Numbered from the stretch's first letter, positions 48,624 through 58,000 are shown. The stretch: 64,000 nt of DNA from Thermodesulfobacteriota bacterium (GCA_040755455.1 JBFMAY010000001.1:224001-288000); one strand, 5' to 3'. Notes: generated from the sequence alone by a model not told the origin. Translations and numbers: made by a program.

Positions 48624-49418
48624 ATGATTAAACATACACTGAAACTGGAGAAAAAAGTTTTTATCGAGGGTGAAATTGTCCTCCTGACCGGCATGCATGT
48701 GGGCGGCTCCTCCCTAGGCCTTTCCATAGGCGGTGCCGACAAGGTGGTTGTCCGCAACCCGCTGACTAACCTGCCATATATCCCCGGTTCGTCCCTGAAG
48801 GGGAAAATGCGCTCGCTGCTGGAGAAAAGCCTTGGTCTGATCAGGCCGGAACAGGACAAAAAAGGTAACTGGGAGGGCAGGCTCTGTGAAAATCCTGAAG
48901 AAGATGTTGTGCAACTATTCGGTTTCGCAGCCGACAAGGGTGGGGCAAGTCTTGATTACGCGCCCACCCGCCTTACCGTCCGTGATGGTTCCCTGATCAA
49001 TGTGGACGAATTGGTCAACTCGGAAAACACCGACATGCACTGCACCGAGATTAAGACCGAGGTTTCCATCGACAGGTTGACATCACAGGCAAATCCCCGC
49101 AATTTTGAACGGGTGCCGGCCGGGGCACGTTTCAAGCTCGATATGGTTCTTGATATCTATAATGTGGATGTAAAAAATGGTGACGGGGCCACACGGGCAG
49201 ACAATTTTATTGCTCTCCTCCGTCAAGGCCTGATGTTGGTGGAGGATGACTATCTCGGCGGCCAGGGAACCAGGGGGTATGGTCAGGTCCAGTTTCACCT
49301 CAAAGCCGTAACCGAGCGCACTGCGGAAGATTACCGCGCCAACTCCATGGATAAAGCCCCTTCTAAATTTGCAGAGCAATTCAGCCAGTTTTCCAGGGCA
49401 ACGAGTGAGGTCTCATGA
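48624..49418 (+). CDS. csm3: Csm3 (Cas7) RNase backbone subunit
   Basis: TGMHVG, IGGAD (catalytic Asp), PYIPGSSLKGKMRSLLE, YLGGQGTRGYG. Confidence 0.95.
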   Translation: MIKHTLKLEKKVFIEGEIVLLTGMHVGGSSLGLSIGGADKVVVRNPLTNLPYIPGSSLKGKMRSLLEKSLGLIRPEQDKKGNWEGRLCENPEEDVVQLFGFAADKGGASLDYAPTRLTVRDGSLINVDELVNSENTDMHCTEIKTEVSIDRLTSQANPRNFERVPAGARFKLDMVLDIYNVDVKNGDGATRADNFIALLRQGLMLVEDDYLGGQGTRGYGQVQFHLKAVTERTAEDYRANSMDKAPSKFAEQFSQFSRATSEVS

Positions 49419-50431
49419 TGTGGGCATATCAACTCACTTTTTCCACACCAGTTCACTTCGGCCTTGAAGGTATCGGCCAGGAACGAGTTGAGCAGATGGT
49501 ACGCTCCGACACCCTGTGGGCCGCGCTTGTGCAGAAATTGCTGCTGCTCTATGCTGACGAACCCGAGAGGTTGTGCCGAGAACCCGGCTTTTCGGTGAGC
49601 AGCAGCTTTCCTGTTATTGGTGGGCGTCGCTATTTTCCGGTACCAATCGGTTCTTTCGACAGGATTATGGATGTAGTCGCCCACATGGATACCGGACAAC
49701 TGCCGTTTGATCTGAAAGACCTGAAAAAAATCCGGTTCTTATCCGAACCGTTGTTCAGAAAGGTTTCCGCGGGTTCAGAACTGGTCCTTGCTGATATAAC
49801 GGAAGAATCAGTCTGTCCGCCTCCGGCCAGATTACAAGCCGTAGAGAACGAAACCAAAATTTTTCTAAAGGCTGCGCAACGTCCCCGTGTGTCAGTGGAT
49901 CAGATTTGCGGCGGTGTGCGCGAAGGGGCATTTTTTTACTGCACAGACCAGTTTTTCGACAACAACTCCGGTCTGTTCTTTCTGGCATCCTTTGACAATC
50001 AGGAAATACGGAAACGCTTTGAGGCGGCATTGAGCCTGCTTGGCGACTCAGGGTTGGGCGCAGACCGTTCCATTGGTCGCGGTTGTTTCTCCTTCACTGC
50101 CGCACCTTTTGAATTTCAATCGCCGGATGCCACCGCTGCCTATGTTCTTCTTTCCCTGTACCATCCCACCAGACAGGAAATCGAACGAGGCGTTCTGGTC
50201 GGTGAACAAAGCGCCTACTCTCTGGTGCGCCGATCCGGTCATGCCGGCAGCCACGGAGCGCACCAATTCCGCCGGGCTGACTGCTGGATGCTGACTGAGG
50301 GTTCGCTTCTGCCCTTTGCGCCAGCGGGACAGATTCCCCTCGTGCTGGAGCGTTCCGCCTATATTCCTCATAATGTCTACCGGTGCGGCAAGGCCTTCTG
50401 CCTGCCGATGGCTGAGGGAGGTAACCCATGA
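49415..50431 (+). CDS. csm4: Csm4 (Cas5)
   Basis: PVHFG, SDTLWAAL, SSSFP, GLGADRSIGRG. Confidence 0.95.
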   Translation: MMWAYQLTFSTPVHFGLEGIGQERVEQMVRSDTLWAALVQKLLLLYADEPERLCREPGFSVSSSFPVIGGRRYFPVPIGSFDRIMDVVAHMDTGQLPFDLKDLKKIRFLSEPLFRKVSAGSELVLADITEESVCPPPARLQAVENETKIFLKAAQRPRVSVDQICGGVREGAFFYCTDQFFDNNSGLFFLASFDNQEIRKRFEAALSLLGDSGLGADRSIGRGCFSFTAAPFEFQSPDATAAYVLLSLYHPTRQEIERGVLVGEQSAYSLVRRSGHAGSHGAHQFRRADCWMLTEGSLLPFAPAGQIPLVLERSAYIPHNVYRCGKAFCLPMAEGGNP

Positions 50432-51915
50432 ATTTTCAAAATATCCGCACGGCCTTTCATTGTGAGATGCAGATTCTCACTCCAGTCCACATCGGCAACG
50501 GAGAAAAGTACGTCAATAATTTTGACTTTCTCTGCGAGGCCAACAGGGCTAGAGTTTTCGACCATAAACGCCTCTTTGCCATGGTTGAACAACTTGGCGG
50601 CAGCCATATTGAATCCTTTGCGGCAGCCATGGAAGATGGACAGCTCACCCACTGGCTGCGGAGCAACAACATCAACATCAATGAGGCGGTTGTTCATTCC
50701 TTCAGTTTTCCGGCCCATAATGAACCGAGGGACATCAACCGGCATATCCGCGATGGTTTCGGCCGACCCATCATTCCCGGCTCATCGCTCAAGGGGGTTT
50801 TTCGTACGGCAATACTTGCCCGGCTTGCTGACGACAACCGAACCAATCCGGTGAACCAGGCTCTCGGGAACTTGATGAAGCCGGGAAAAGTGAATGTCAA
50901 GTTTGCCGACAGCTCCCTATGCACGGAACTCCTGGGCGAGGACGCGAAAATGAACCTGATGCGCTCTCTCACCGTGGCCGACTTTACTTTTGCGCCTGAG
51001 GATGTCCAGGTACAGAACGCCTATGTGACAAGGCTAACCAACAGCACGAGATTTGTTCGTAAACCCTGGAGTATCTGGATTGAAAAACTCAACCAGAGCG
51101 CAAACGCCAGCGGACAGGTCTCTTTTGATGATTTTCTCATTACCCAAGCCAAGGGGAAGGAAGCCTTTAATTTCAAGGCGGATTTGACTCTCGTCTGGCT
51201 TGTGGAGGCACTGCGAAAGAGAACCGACAAAGCCCTGAATAGTGAGTTAGATTTTCTTCGTGATAAAAACGGTGACGGCATTGACGGCATGAGGGGTTTT
51301 TATACCAAACTCAAGCAGGATCACCAGAATCTGCCGGAGAATGAAGCCATTGTGCAGTTTGCCTGGGGCAGCGGCTGGAAAGGTATGACTGGTGAACTTC
51401 TTGGGCCGGAGTTGTTGACCAGTGAGGTGCGTAGCAAGCTCAAATTGGCGAATAAATACCTCAACTTTCCCTTTCCCAAAAGCCGCCGCGTCGCGGTAAC
51501 GGGCGTTGCCGCCCTCCCTATGGGCTGGATACGACTCAGGTTCACCAGCAAGGAGGAGATACGCCGTGCTGAGGCTTTCAAGGTACAAGAGGAGAAACGA
51601 GCGCAGCAGGTCAAGATTGAGCAGGAACAGCAGCAAAAAAATGAACAGGAAGCCTGGGGGAAAATGAGCGAAGTAGAGCAGTGCGTGGCCATTATCCGTG
51701 GAGAGACCATTGCCAGGTCGCACGCAACCGGACAGGACCAAGATGCAAATTGCTGGAAGAAAATCGAAACAGCATCCCCGGAGGAGCAAAAAAGCCTAGC
51801 TCTAGCCTTCAAAGAAATCTGGATAAACGACCCGAAAAAATGGGCAAAGAAACAATGCTCCAAAAAACAGTGGGAAAAGGTGCAGAAAGTCAAAACTATC
51901 CTTGGTGAGATGTAA
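50428..51915 (+). CDS. csm5: Csm5 with C-terminal extension
   Basis: LTPVHIGNG, PIIPGSSLKG..RTAI, WGSGW, PKSRR, PMGW, then ~120 extra aa. Confidence 0.9.
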   Translation: MNFQNIRTAFHCEMQILTPVHIGNGEKYVNNFDFLCEANRARVFDHKRLFAMVEQLGGSHIESFAAAMEDGQLTHWLRSNNININEAVVHSFSFPAHNEPRDINRHIRDGFGRPIIPGSSLKGVFRTAILARLADDNRTNPVNQALGNLMKPGKVNVKFADSSLCTELLGEDAKMNLMRSLTVADFTFAPEDVQVQNAYVTRLTNSTRFVRKPWSIWIEKLNQSANASGQVSFDDFLITQAKGKEAFNFKADLTLVWLVEALRKRTDKALNSELDFLRDKNGDGIDGMRGFYTKLKQDHQNLPENEAIVQFAWGSGWKGMTGELLGPELLTSEVRSKLKLANKYLNFPFPKSRRVAVTGVAALPMGWIRLRFTSKEEIRRAEAFKVQEEKRAQQVKIEQEQQQKNEQEAWGKMSEVEQCVAIIRGETIARSHATGQDQDANCWKKIETASPEEQKSLALAFKEIWINDPKKWAKKQCSKKQWEKVQKVKTILGEM

Positions 51916-51990
51916 AGTGCTGGTGCTGATTTGCCAGGAGTTGTTGTCTGATTTTATGCTTTTTTGGGAAACAAACGAGGGATTTCCGCC

Positions 51991-53274
51991 ATGAATACAA
52001 AAACCATTCTCATCTGCACGGTGGGCGGCTCACATCAGCCTATTGTTACCGCCATTCGGGACCTGCGGCCGGATTTTGTCTGTTTCATTTGCTCGGGGAA
52101 AGATCCAGGCACCGGCAAAGCAGGCTCAGATACCCAAGTTCTTGGCAAAGGACGGTGCATCAAGGCAAATTATAATGACGAAAAAGCGTCATTGCCGAAT
52201 ATTCCAACCCAGGCCGGACTCGCTGAAAACAGTTATGAGGTAGTGACAGTCCCGGCCGATGACTTGGACGGGGCGGTGGTCGTTGTCAGGGAGGCGCTTG
52301 TCAACCTCGGGGATCAGTTTACCGGTGCGCGGCTCGTCGCCGATTACACCGGTGGCACTAAAACCATGACTGCGGCGCTCGTTGCCGCCGTCCTTGAAAC
52401 CGACGGCGTTGATCTGCAACTTGTCACAGGCAACAGGGCCGATCTGGTCAAGGTGCGCAACGGCACAGAGGCCAGCGTACTGGCCAATATCGACGCTGTT
52501 AGGCTCCAGCGGGGCATGGCCCCGTATCTTTCCGCCTGGGGCCATTTTGCCTATGATGAGTCGGCGGATGGCCTTGCCTCCATTCCGCAACCACGAGATA
52601 GAGTTTTGGGAAGCCGCCTGTCCCGCAGCCGCGACCTGTCCAATGCCTTTGCCGCCTGGGATCGCTTCGATCATGCCGAAGCCTTGCGCCTTCTTGAAAT
52701 TTATGCAGCGGTTGTCAGTGGGGACCTGGGCAGACATCTTGGCGCTCTCAAGCTGCTCGTGAAAAAATCAGACCAACAGGAACCCATGCGTATTTTCGAT
52801 CTCTGGCGCAACGCCGAACGCCGGGCGGCCCAAGGCCGCTACGACGATGCAGTGGCGCGGGTCTATCGTCTGATCGAGTGGTCCGCGCAGTGGCTATTAC
52901 GCTTACGGTGCGGGATCAATACCAGTGACATCCCGCCGGAGCGCATCCCTGTCGGGGTGGATATTCCGGCAAATCGCGACGGCATGCACCAAGCCGGTCT
53001 TTACGCTGCATGGCTGATGGTGGGGAAATTGACCAGCGGGCCAGCCAGCGGTTTTACGGCGGCACATCTTCCCGCTTTGCTTGGGCATCTTCAGATCCGG
53101 AACGAATCCATCCTTGCTCATGGCTTTTCTTCGGTGGAACAGGGAGCGTGGGAAGATTTACGGAACTGGATGGACGGAATCTTTCTTCCCATGCTGCTTG
53201 AGGAAATAAAAGCGATGCGCCTCCTTCATACCATGCCGCCGCAGCTGCCATCGGTATACATCTGGAACAATTGA
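51991..53274 (+). CDS. CARF-HEPN ancillary ribonuclease (TIGR02710/Csm6-like)
   Basis: CTVGGSHQP, DYTGGTKTM CARF motifs; NAERRA..GRYDDAVAR.YR..E; HEPN RNESILAHG. Confidence 0.9.
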   Translation: MNTKTILICTVGGSHQPIVTAIRDLRPDFVCFICSGKDPGTGKAGSDTQVLGKGRCIKANYNDEKASLPNIPTQAGLAENSYEVVTVPADDLDGAVVVVREALVNLGDQFTGARLVADYTGGTKTMTAALVAAVLETDGVDLQLVTGNRADLVKVRNGTEASVLANIDAVRLQRGMAPYLSAWGHFAYDESADGLASIPQPRDRVLGSRLSRSRDLSNAFAAWDRFDHAEALRLLEIYAAVVSGDLGRHLGALKLLVKKSDQQEPMRIFDLWRNAERRAAQGRYDDAVARVYRLIEWSAQWLLRLRCGINTSDIPPERIPVGVDIPANRDGMHQAGLYAAWLMVGKLTSGPASGFTAAHLPALLGHLQIRNESILAHGFSSVEQGAWEDLRNWMDGIFLPMLLEEIKAMRLLHTMPPQLPSVYIWNN

Positions 53275-53461
53275 ACAGAGGTATAGGCGGCATGGCCTTT
53301 GAAATCGTCAAGGTTGAGGTTTGAAGCCAGGCTGATTATCAGCAGGGGAATGAATATTAAGAATAAAATGCGACTCTTTGAGAATTGACAGTATTTCAGG
53401 CCCCCTTCCTTGCCTCTGTGACACCTTTGCGCTACATTCGAGTAATGGAGGTGATATCACC

Positions 53462-53752
53462 ATGAAGACAAAACAGCAGATCATGAAACTTCTTGCCATG
53501 AACAAGCCGGAACTGGAAAAACGTTTCGGAGTGAAGACCCTCGCGCTTTTCGGCTCCTATGCCCGCGGGGATATGAGGCCTGACAGTGACGTCGATATTC
53601 TGGTGGACGTGCCTCCGGAAATCGGCCTTGAATTCGTTACTCTGGCCGATAGGCTGGAAAATCTTCTCGGCCTGCCGGTCGAGCTGGTCTCCAGGAGAGC
53701 AATAAATACGCAATTCTACCAGAGCCTCGAAGGCGAGATTGAGTATGTCTAA
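53462..53752 (+). CDS. MNT nucleotidyltransferase antitoxin (MntA-like)
   Basis: FGSYARGD...DSDVD (GSx10DxD). Confidence 0.9.
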   Translation: MKTKQQIMKLLAMNKPELEKRFGVKTLALFGSYARGDMRPDSDVDILVDVPPEIGLEFVTLADRLENLLGLPVELVSRRAINTQFYQSLEGEIEYV

Positions 53753-54083
53753 ACGTACGGCGGAAATACTGCTTTTCGATATCCGGCAGGCTATCGAAAA
53801 GATTCGAAAATATACATCTGGCATGAACCGGGAAGGGTTCATTTCCACCGATATGGCCGCTGATGCCGTAGTGCGCAATCTCGAAATCATCGGAGAAGCG
53901 GCGAACCGCCTTCCCGAGGATTTCATCAGCTTGCATCCTGAAATCGAATGGCGAAAGATCGTTGGCCTGCGGCACCGGATTGTTCATCAATACTTCGGTG
54001 TGGACCTTGATATCATTTGGGCAATCATCCAGAAAGACCTGTTTGATCTGGAGAAATGGCTGACCAGTCAATTCTCCGCATAG
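53745..54083 (+). CDS. HEPN/DUF86 RNase toxin (HepT-like)
   Basis: RNLEIIGEA, RHRIVHQY (Rx4HxY); overlaps the MNT stop. Confidence 0.9.
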   Translation: MSKRTAEILLFDIRQAIEKIRKYTSGMNREGFISTDMAADAVVRNLEIIGEAANRLPEDFISLHPEIEWRKIVGLRHRIVHQYFGVDLDIIWAIIQKDLFDLEKWLTSQFSA

Positions 54084-54105
54084 CGCAGGCCTATTTCCAC
54101 CATGA

Positions 54106-54483
54106 TCAACCCGCCGTCAGCTCCTGGAGCCATTGGGGGAAATGATGCCAGGGGAGGGCCAGGTGGCCGCCCGGCAGGGGTCGGGGTTCCGGGATACTGC
54201 AGACGAGCAGGCAGTGGCGGTAAGCTTGATCTCCACCGGCCACAGTCTGCCCTTTGCCTGGATAAGCAGATCGACCCCAAGCCCGTCGTGGGAACGCCGG
54301 AAAAAGAGCGCCGGTTTTTCGCCCCTGGCCGCGAAGGTTTTCACCGCCTCGCTCAGACCCAGCCTTCGAGAAAGGCCCCCCGCCCATCGGGCCGGCCAGC
54401 GCCGCCGCAAGATCGGGCTGACGGGTGAGGATGGCGGGCAGGGCGTTGTCCAGGAAGTAGAATTTCGGCGTCTTGATCAGCAT
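54106..54483 (-). pseudogene. Frameshifted 3' fragment of an AAA ATPase / DUF4143 gene
   Basis: LIKTPKFYFLD in one frame; FFR...G..VDLLI...PVEIKLTAT in another. Confidence 0.7.
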
Positions 54484-54534
54484 GTCGCATTACCCTTTTG
54501 AACGCACCAGGTTACAATTCGGGAGATGATTGTC

Positions 54535-55440
54535 ATGATACTCAAAAAACAGGCAATCCGGATTTTTCAAGAATTCAGCCCCTGGCTGTTGGCCGCCGTC
54601 ACCGTGCTTGCCGGCAACCTGGCGGCGACTTACCTTTGGATGACATTTGAGGCATGGGCGAAAGGGCAATGGGGAGAAGTGTCTTGGTTGGGGAGGTGCT
54701 ATGTTGTTTTTTTCTTCTTGATGGCCTGGGTTCTTTTCAAACAGAGGGATAAGTTTTTCCCGCCTCGCACACGATATTTCCGAAATGAAAAGGCGCAGAA
54801 GAGAAAACACCTGGTTCTTTTTCTCTCAATCAGTGATCATGACCTGGCAAAAACCGGGATACCGGAAAAGATTCGGCTTCAATTCCAAAGCCTCGCGGAA
54901 GACATTGCTTTAATAAAAAAGAAAAAGATTGAAGAGAAAATACGCTGGAACTGGGAGATGCCTTTGCGCGCCATCAATCATCATCTTGGCGTTCTTACGA
55001 CAGTTAATATCTGTTGCTCAAGTCGATCCTTTGCTCACGTTCATTTTTTTCTCAATATCTGCAAGCGGTATCAGGAACTTGCGAAAGTCAAGTTTCTCCT
55101 TCTCGTACAAAAGGAATGCCATCCGGTTCTGGTTAATGCGGCAAGCCTGAACAGAACGGGGCAAGATTGCCAGCCCGAGAATTTCTCCGGCTTCTCGGGG
55201 TTTGATTTTGAAAATTTTGATGACTTGACTGATGCTTTACTGTTGTTGATCTCAAAATACGAGTCGTTTGAGAATGACATCATGATCGATATTACAGGAG
55301 GGCAGAAGCCGACCAGCATTGTTGGCGCGGCAGTGACCTTCAACCAGAAAATAAAGGCGCAGTACATCCAAACTGAGGGAGAAAATGAGGTGCTCAGCTA
55401 CGATGTTGTTTTATCCCCAAAGCTGGAGGCGGGAGTATGA
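54535..55440 (+). CDS. CRISPR-associated 2TM-CARF membrane effector (Cam1/Cam2-like)
   Basis: Two N-terminal hydrophobic helices; LVLFLS strand; CARF motif IDITGGQKPTS; no nuclease domain. Confidence 0.8.
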   Translation: MILKKQAIRIFQEFSPWLLAAVTVLAGNLAATYLWMTFEAWAKGQWGEVSWLGRCYVVFFFLMAWVLFKQRDKFFPPRTRYFRNEKAQKRKHLVLFLSISDHDLAKTGIPEKIRLQFQSLAEDIALIKKKKIEEKIRWNWEMPLRAINHHLGVLTTVNICCSSRSFAHVHFFLNICKRYQELAKVKFLLLVQKECHPVLVNAASLNRTGQDCQPENFSGFSGFDFENFDDLTDALLLLISKYESFENDIMIDITGGQKPTSIVGAAVTFNQKIKAQYIQTEGENEVLSYDVVLSPKLEAGV

Positions 55441-55444
55441 GTCC

Positions 55445-55684
55445 ATGATTTCAATCGATCTTGCATTGTTTTACGCCGATACCGCCAAACTTGCTGATTT
55501 GCCTGTCTATATCACCAAGGCCCTTGAACTGTCCGGGGAGGGAAACGAAATTGTGCTCACCGGCAGGGCGCCGGTCTGGCTTTATCTGAGTGTGGCCCAT
55601 GCCCTGCACGGCAAGGCCAGAAGGCTTACCTACACATCGCCGGTGACCGGCGATGTGGTTATTTTTGATCATGACCCGTTCTGA
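55445..55684 (+). CDS. csx3: Csx3/Crn3-like ring nuclease
   Basis: 79 aa; IVLTGRAPVWLYL..AH.LH matches the Csx3 signature. Confidence 0.75.
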   Translation: MISIDLALFYADTAKLADLPVYITKALELSGEGNEIVLTGRAPVWLYLSVAHALHGKARRLTYTSPVTGDVVIFDHDPF

Positions 55685-55688
55685 CAAT

Positions 55689-56648
55689 ATGAAAGCTGCT
55701 ACCTTTCATTACGCCGCCCTCCTTGCCGCCTTTGAGGCTGTCAAGGACAACCATGGCTGCGCCGGGGTGGACGGGGTCACCATTACGATGTTTGAAAAGG
55801 GGTTGCCCGTCAATCTCGCCAGGCTGCGGACAGAGCTGAATGATGGGACCTATTTCCCGCTGCCGCTCATGAAGATTCAGGTGGCGAAAAAAAACGGCGA
55901 GCCGCGGGGCCTGTGTATCCCCACGGTGCGTGACCGGGTGGCCCAGACCGCGGTGCTGCATCGCATCGGGCCGCTTTTTGAACGGGAGTTCGAGGAGTGC
56001 AGTTTCGCCTACCGCCAGGGCCGGTCGGTGCGGCAGGCGGTCATGCGGATCAAGGAGTTGCATGAAAAGGGATACCGTTGGGTGGTTGAGGCCGATATCG
56101 ACGCCTTTTTTGATACGGTTGACCACGGCCTGATGCTGGCAAAATGCCGCGGGATTATTGCGGACCAGCGGATTCTCGAACTCATCGATATGTGGCTCAA
56201 GGCCGAGGTCTGGGACGGGACCGCCATTTCGGTCCTGGGACAAGGGCTGCCCCAGGGCTCGCCGGTTTCCCCGGTCCTGGCCAATCTCTTTCTTGATGAA
56301 CTTGACGAGGCGATGCTGGGCAAAGGCTATAAATTCATCCGCTATGCCGATGATTATGTGGTGCTCTGCAGGACCCGGCAGGAGGCGGGCGACGCCCTGG
56401 AGCTGTCCCAGCAGGTTCTGGAAAAGCTCTTGCTGAAGCTCGATGAAGGGGATATTGTCAGCTTTGAGCAGGGTTTTACCTATCTCGGGGTCACCTTTGC
56501 CGGCGGTTTGATCATGACCCCCTTTGACCGGCCGAAGAAGAACCACGGGGTCCTCTTTTATCCGGCCCCTTTTGATCTGGAAACCTATCTGCGTGACAGG
56601 AGGAGAGATGCCGCCGGGCCTCGGGATGCGGATGGCCGGAGCGGGTGA
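55689..56648 (+). CDS. CRISPR-associated stand-alone reverse transcriptase
   Basis: GCAGVDG, R.L.IPTVRDRV.Q, SFAYR.GRS, DIDAFFD, GLPQGSPVSP.LAN, RYADD, YLG; no maturase or Cas1 domain. Confidence 0.92.
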   Translation: MKAATFHYAALLAAFEAVKDNHGCAGVDGVTITMFEKGLPVNLARLRTELNDGTYFPLPLMKIQVAKKNGEPRGLCIPTVRDRVAQTAVLHRIGPLFEREFEECSFAYRQGRSVRQAVMRIKELHEKGYRWVVEADIDAFFDTVDHGLMLAKCRGIIADQRILELIDMWLKAEVWDGTAISVLGQGLPQGSPVSPVLANLFLDELDEAMLGKGYKFIRYADDYVVLCRTRQEAGDALELSQQVLEKLLLKLDEGDIVSFEQGFTYLGVTFAGGLIMTPFDRPKKNHGVLFYPAPFDLETYLRDRRRDAAGPRDADGRSG

Positions 56649-56649
56649 A

Positions 56650-56885
56650 TATTTTGCGAAAATTGTTTTTAACGTGTTGAATTTGTGTATGTTTGACTAT
56701 TTTTTTTAACAGGGGCACAAAGGGGGGTGGTTACAGGAAATGTGTAACTTGTTGTTATTTTTTGGGAAAACGCTTGGAAAACTTCACAATAAAAGGAGGT
56801 GACGACCGGAAAATGCGACGCAAAACGGGGGTTACAGGAAATTGCCTTATAACTATCCGGATGTACAGTCAAAAAAAGGGGTACT
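56650..56885 (+). promoter_or_regulatory. CRISPR leader
   Basis: AT-rich non-coding stretch next to the first intact repeat; contains a 13-bp direct repeat and IHF-like motifs. Confidence 0.8.
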
Positions 56886-57660
56886 GTTGGCGACATTGAC
56901 CTGATTACGAAGGGATTGAGACAGCACCACGTTGGAATCTGTATTGATTCTTGCCGGTAAGTTGGCGACATTGACCTGATTACGAAGGGATTGAGACTTC
57001 ATATAGCGAAGAACCAGCTCGGCATCTTCAATGTTGGCGACATTGACCTGATTACGAAGGGATTGAGACACAAATATAGCCCTTTTTTCCACCCATCTCA
57101 CCGACGTTGGCGACATTGACCTGATTACGAAGGGATTGAGACTTCAAAGATATCTCGCGCTTCCTGGAAAGTTATTGCTGTTGGCGACATTGACCTGATT
57201 ACGAAGGGATTGAGACATAATTTATATCATGTGTGTTCGTTTCATTGATCAATGTTGGCGACATTGACCTGATTACGAAGGGATTGAGACCCTTCATTAT
57301 GGCATTTATCGTACCATCTCCAATTGCGTTGGCGACATTGACCTGATTACGAAGGGATTGAGACCCTGACGTATTGGTCCCTGATGCAAGCATTGTATTG
57401 TGTTGGCGACATTGACCTGATTACGAAGGGATTGAGACTTAAAATTCCATTACGATCGGTCAAGCTTCCAAAAAACGTGTTGGCGACATTGACCTGATTA
57501 CGAAGGGATTGAGACAACCGGGCATGTGTTGGCGACCGACGTGGATCCGCGGTTGGCGACATTGACCTGATTACGAAGGGATTGAGACAGTTTATAAAAT
57601 GTTGGTTTCGTTAAAATGACATTGTTGGCGACATTGACCTGATTACGAAGGGATGGGATG
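56886..57660 (+). CRISPR. CRISPR array: 11 repeats of 37 bp, 10 spacers of 35-40 bp
   Basis: Repeat GTTGGCGACATTGACCTGATTACGAAGGGATTGAGAC starts at 56886, 56961, 57033, 57106, 57180, 57254, 57328, 57402, 57479, 57552 and 57624; the last copy diverges after 31 nt. Confidence 0.99.
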
Positions 57661-57670
57661 AGCTGTTAGC

Positions 57671-57841
57671 TCATGGCTCATGGCTGATGGGGAACAGCAA
57701 AGGTGAAAACGTTCCAGCGTTCCAGCGTGTAAGCGTCGCAGCATCAAAGAGATACATCGCGAACCGTTCCCGCCCGTGGGCGCTCCGGGTGATGAGTTCG
57801 GAAAGATGGCTTTTGGCCTCGGCAACGGAAATTCTGGACAT
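57671..57841 (-). pseudogene. Truncated Phd/YefM-type antitoxin
   Basis: AAGGAG RBS then MSRISVAEAKSHLSELITRSAHGRERF, followed by unrelated sequence; palindrome AAAAGTCA-tgt-TGACTTTT at 57870-57888. Confidence 0.6.
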
Positions 57842-58000
57842 TGGCATGCTCCTTAAGAGAAAGGATCATAAAAGTCATGTTGACTTTTTCATGATATCCT
57901 GCGGCGGTTCAAGATCTGGCTTTCATTTGCCGGTACGTGAGGAACAGGCAAGGCAGTTCACGGTTGTCTTCCTCCCTGATTAACCACCAGGGCAGGCAGC

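Noticed and set aside
55689..56648. RT as a group II intron, retron or DGR
   Set aside because: There is no maturase/X or endonuclease domain and no room for intron RNA (4 bp from csx3). It lacks the retron VTG motif and I saw no TR/VR pair. The context is CRISPR.
56669..57562. Short ORFs across the array
   Set aside because: Artefacts of translating repeats and spacers.
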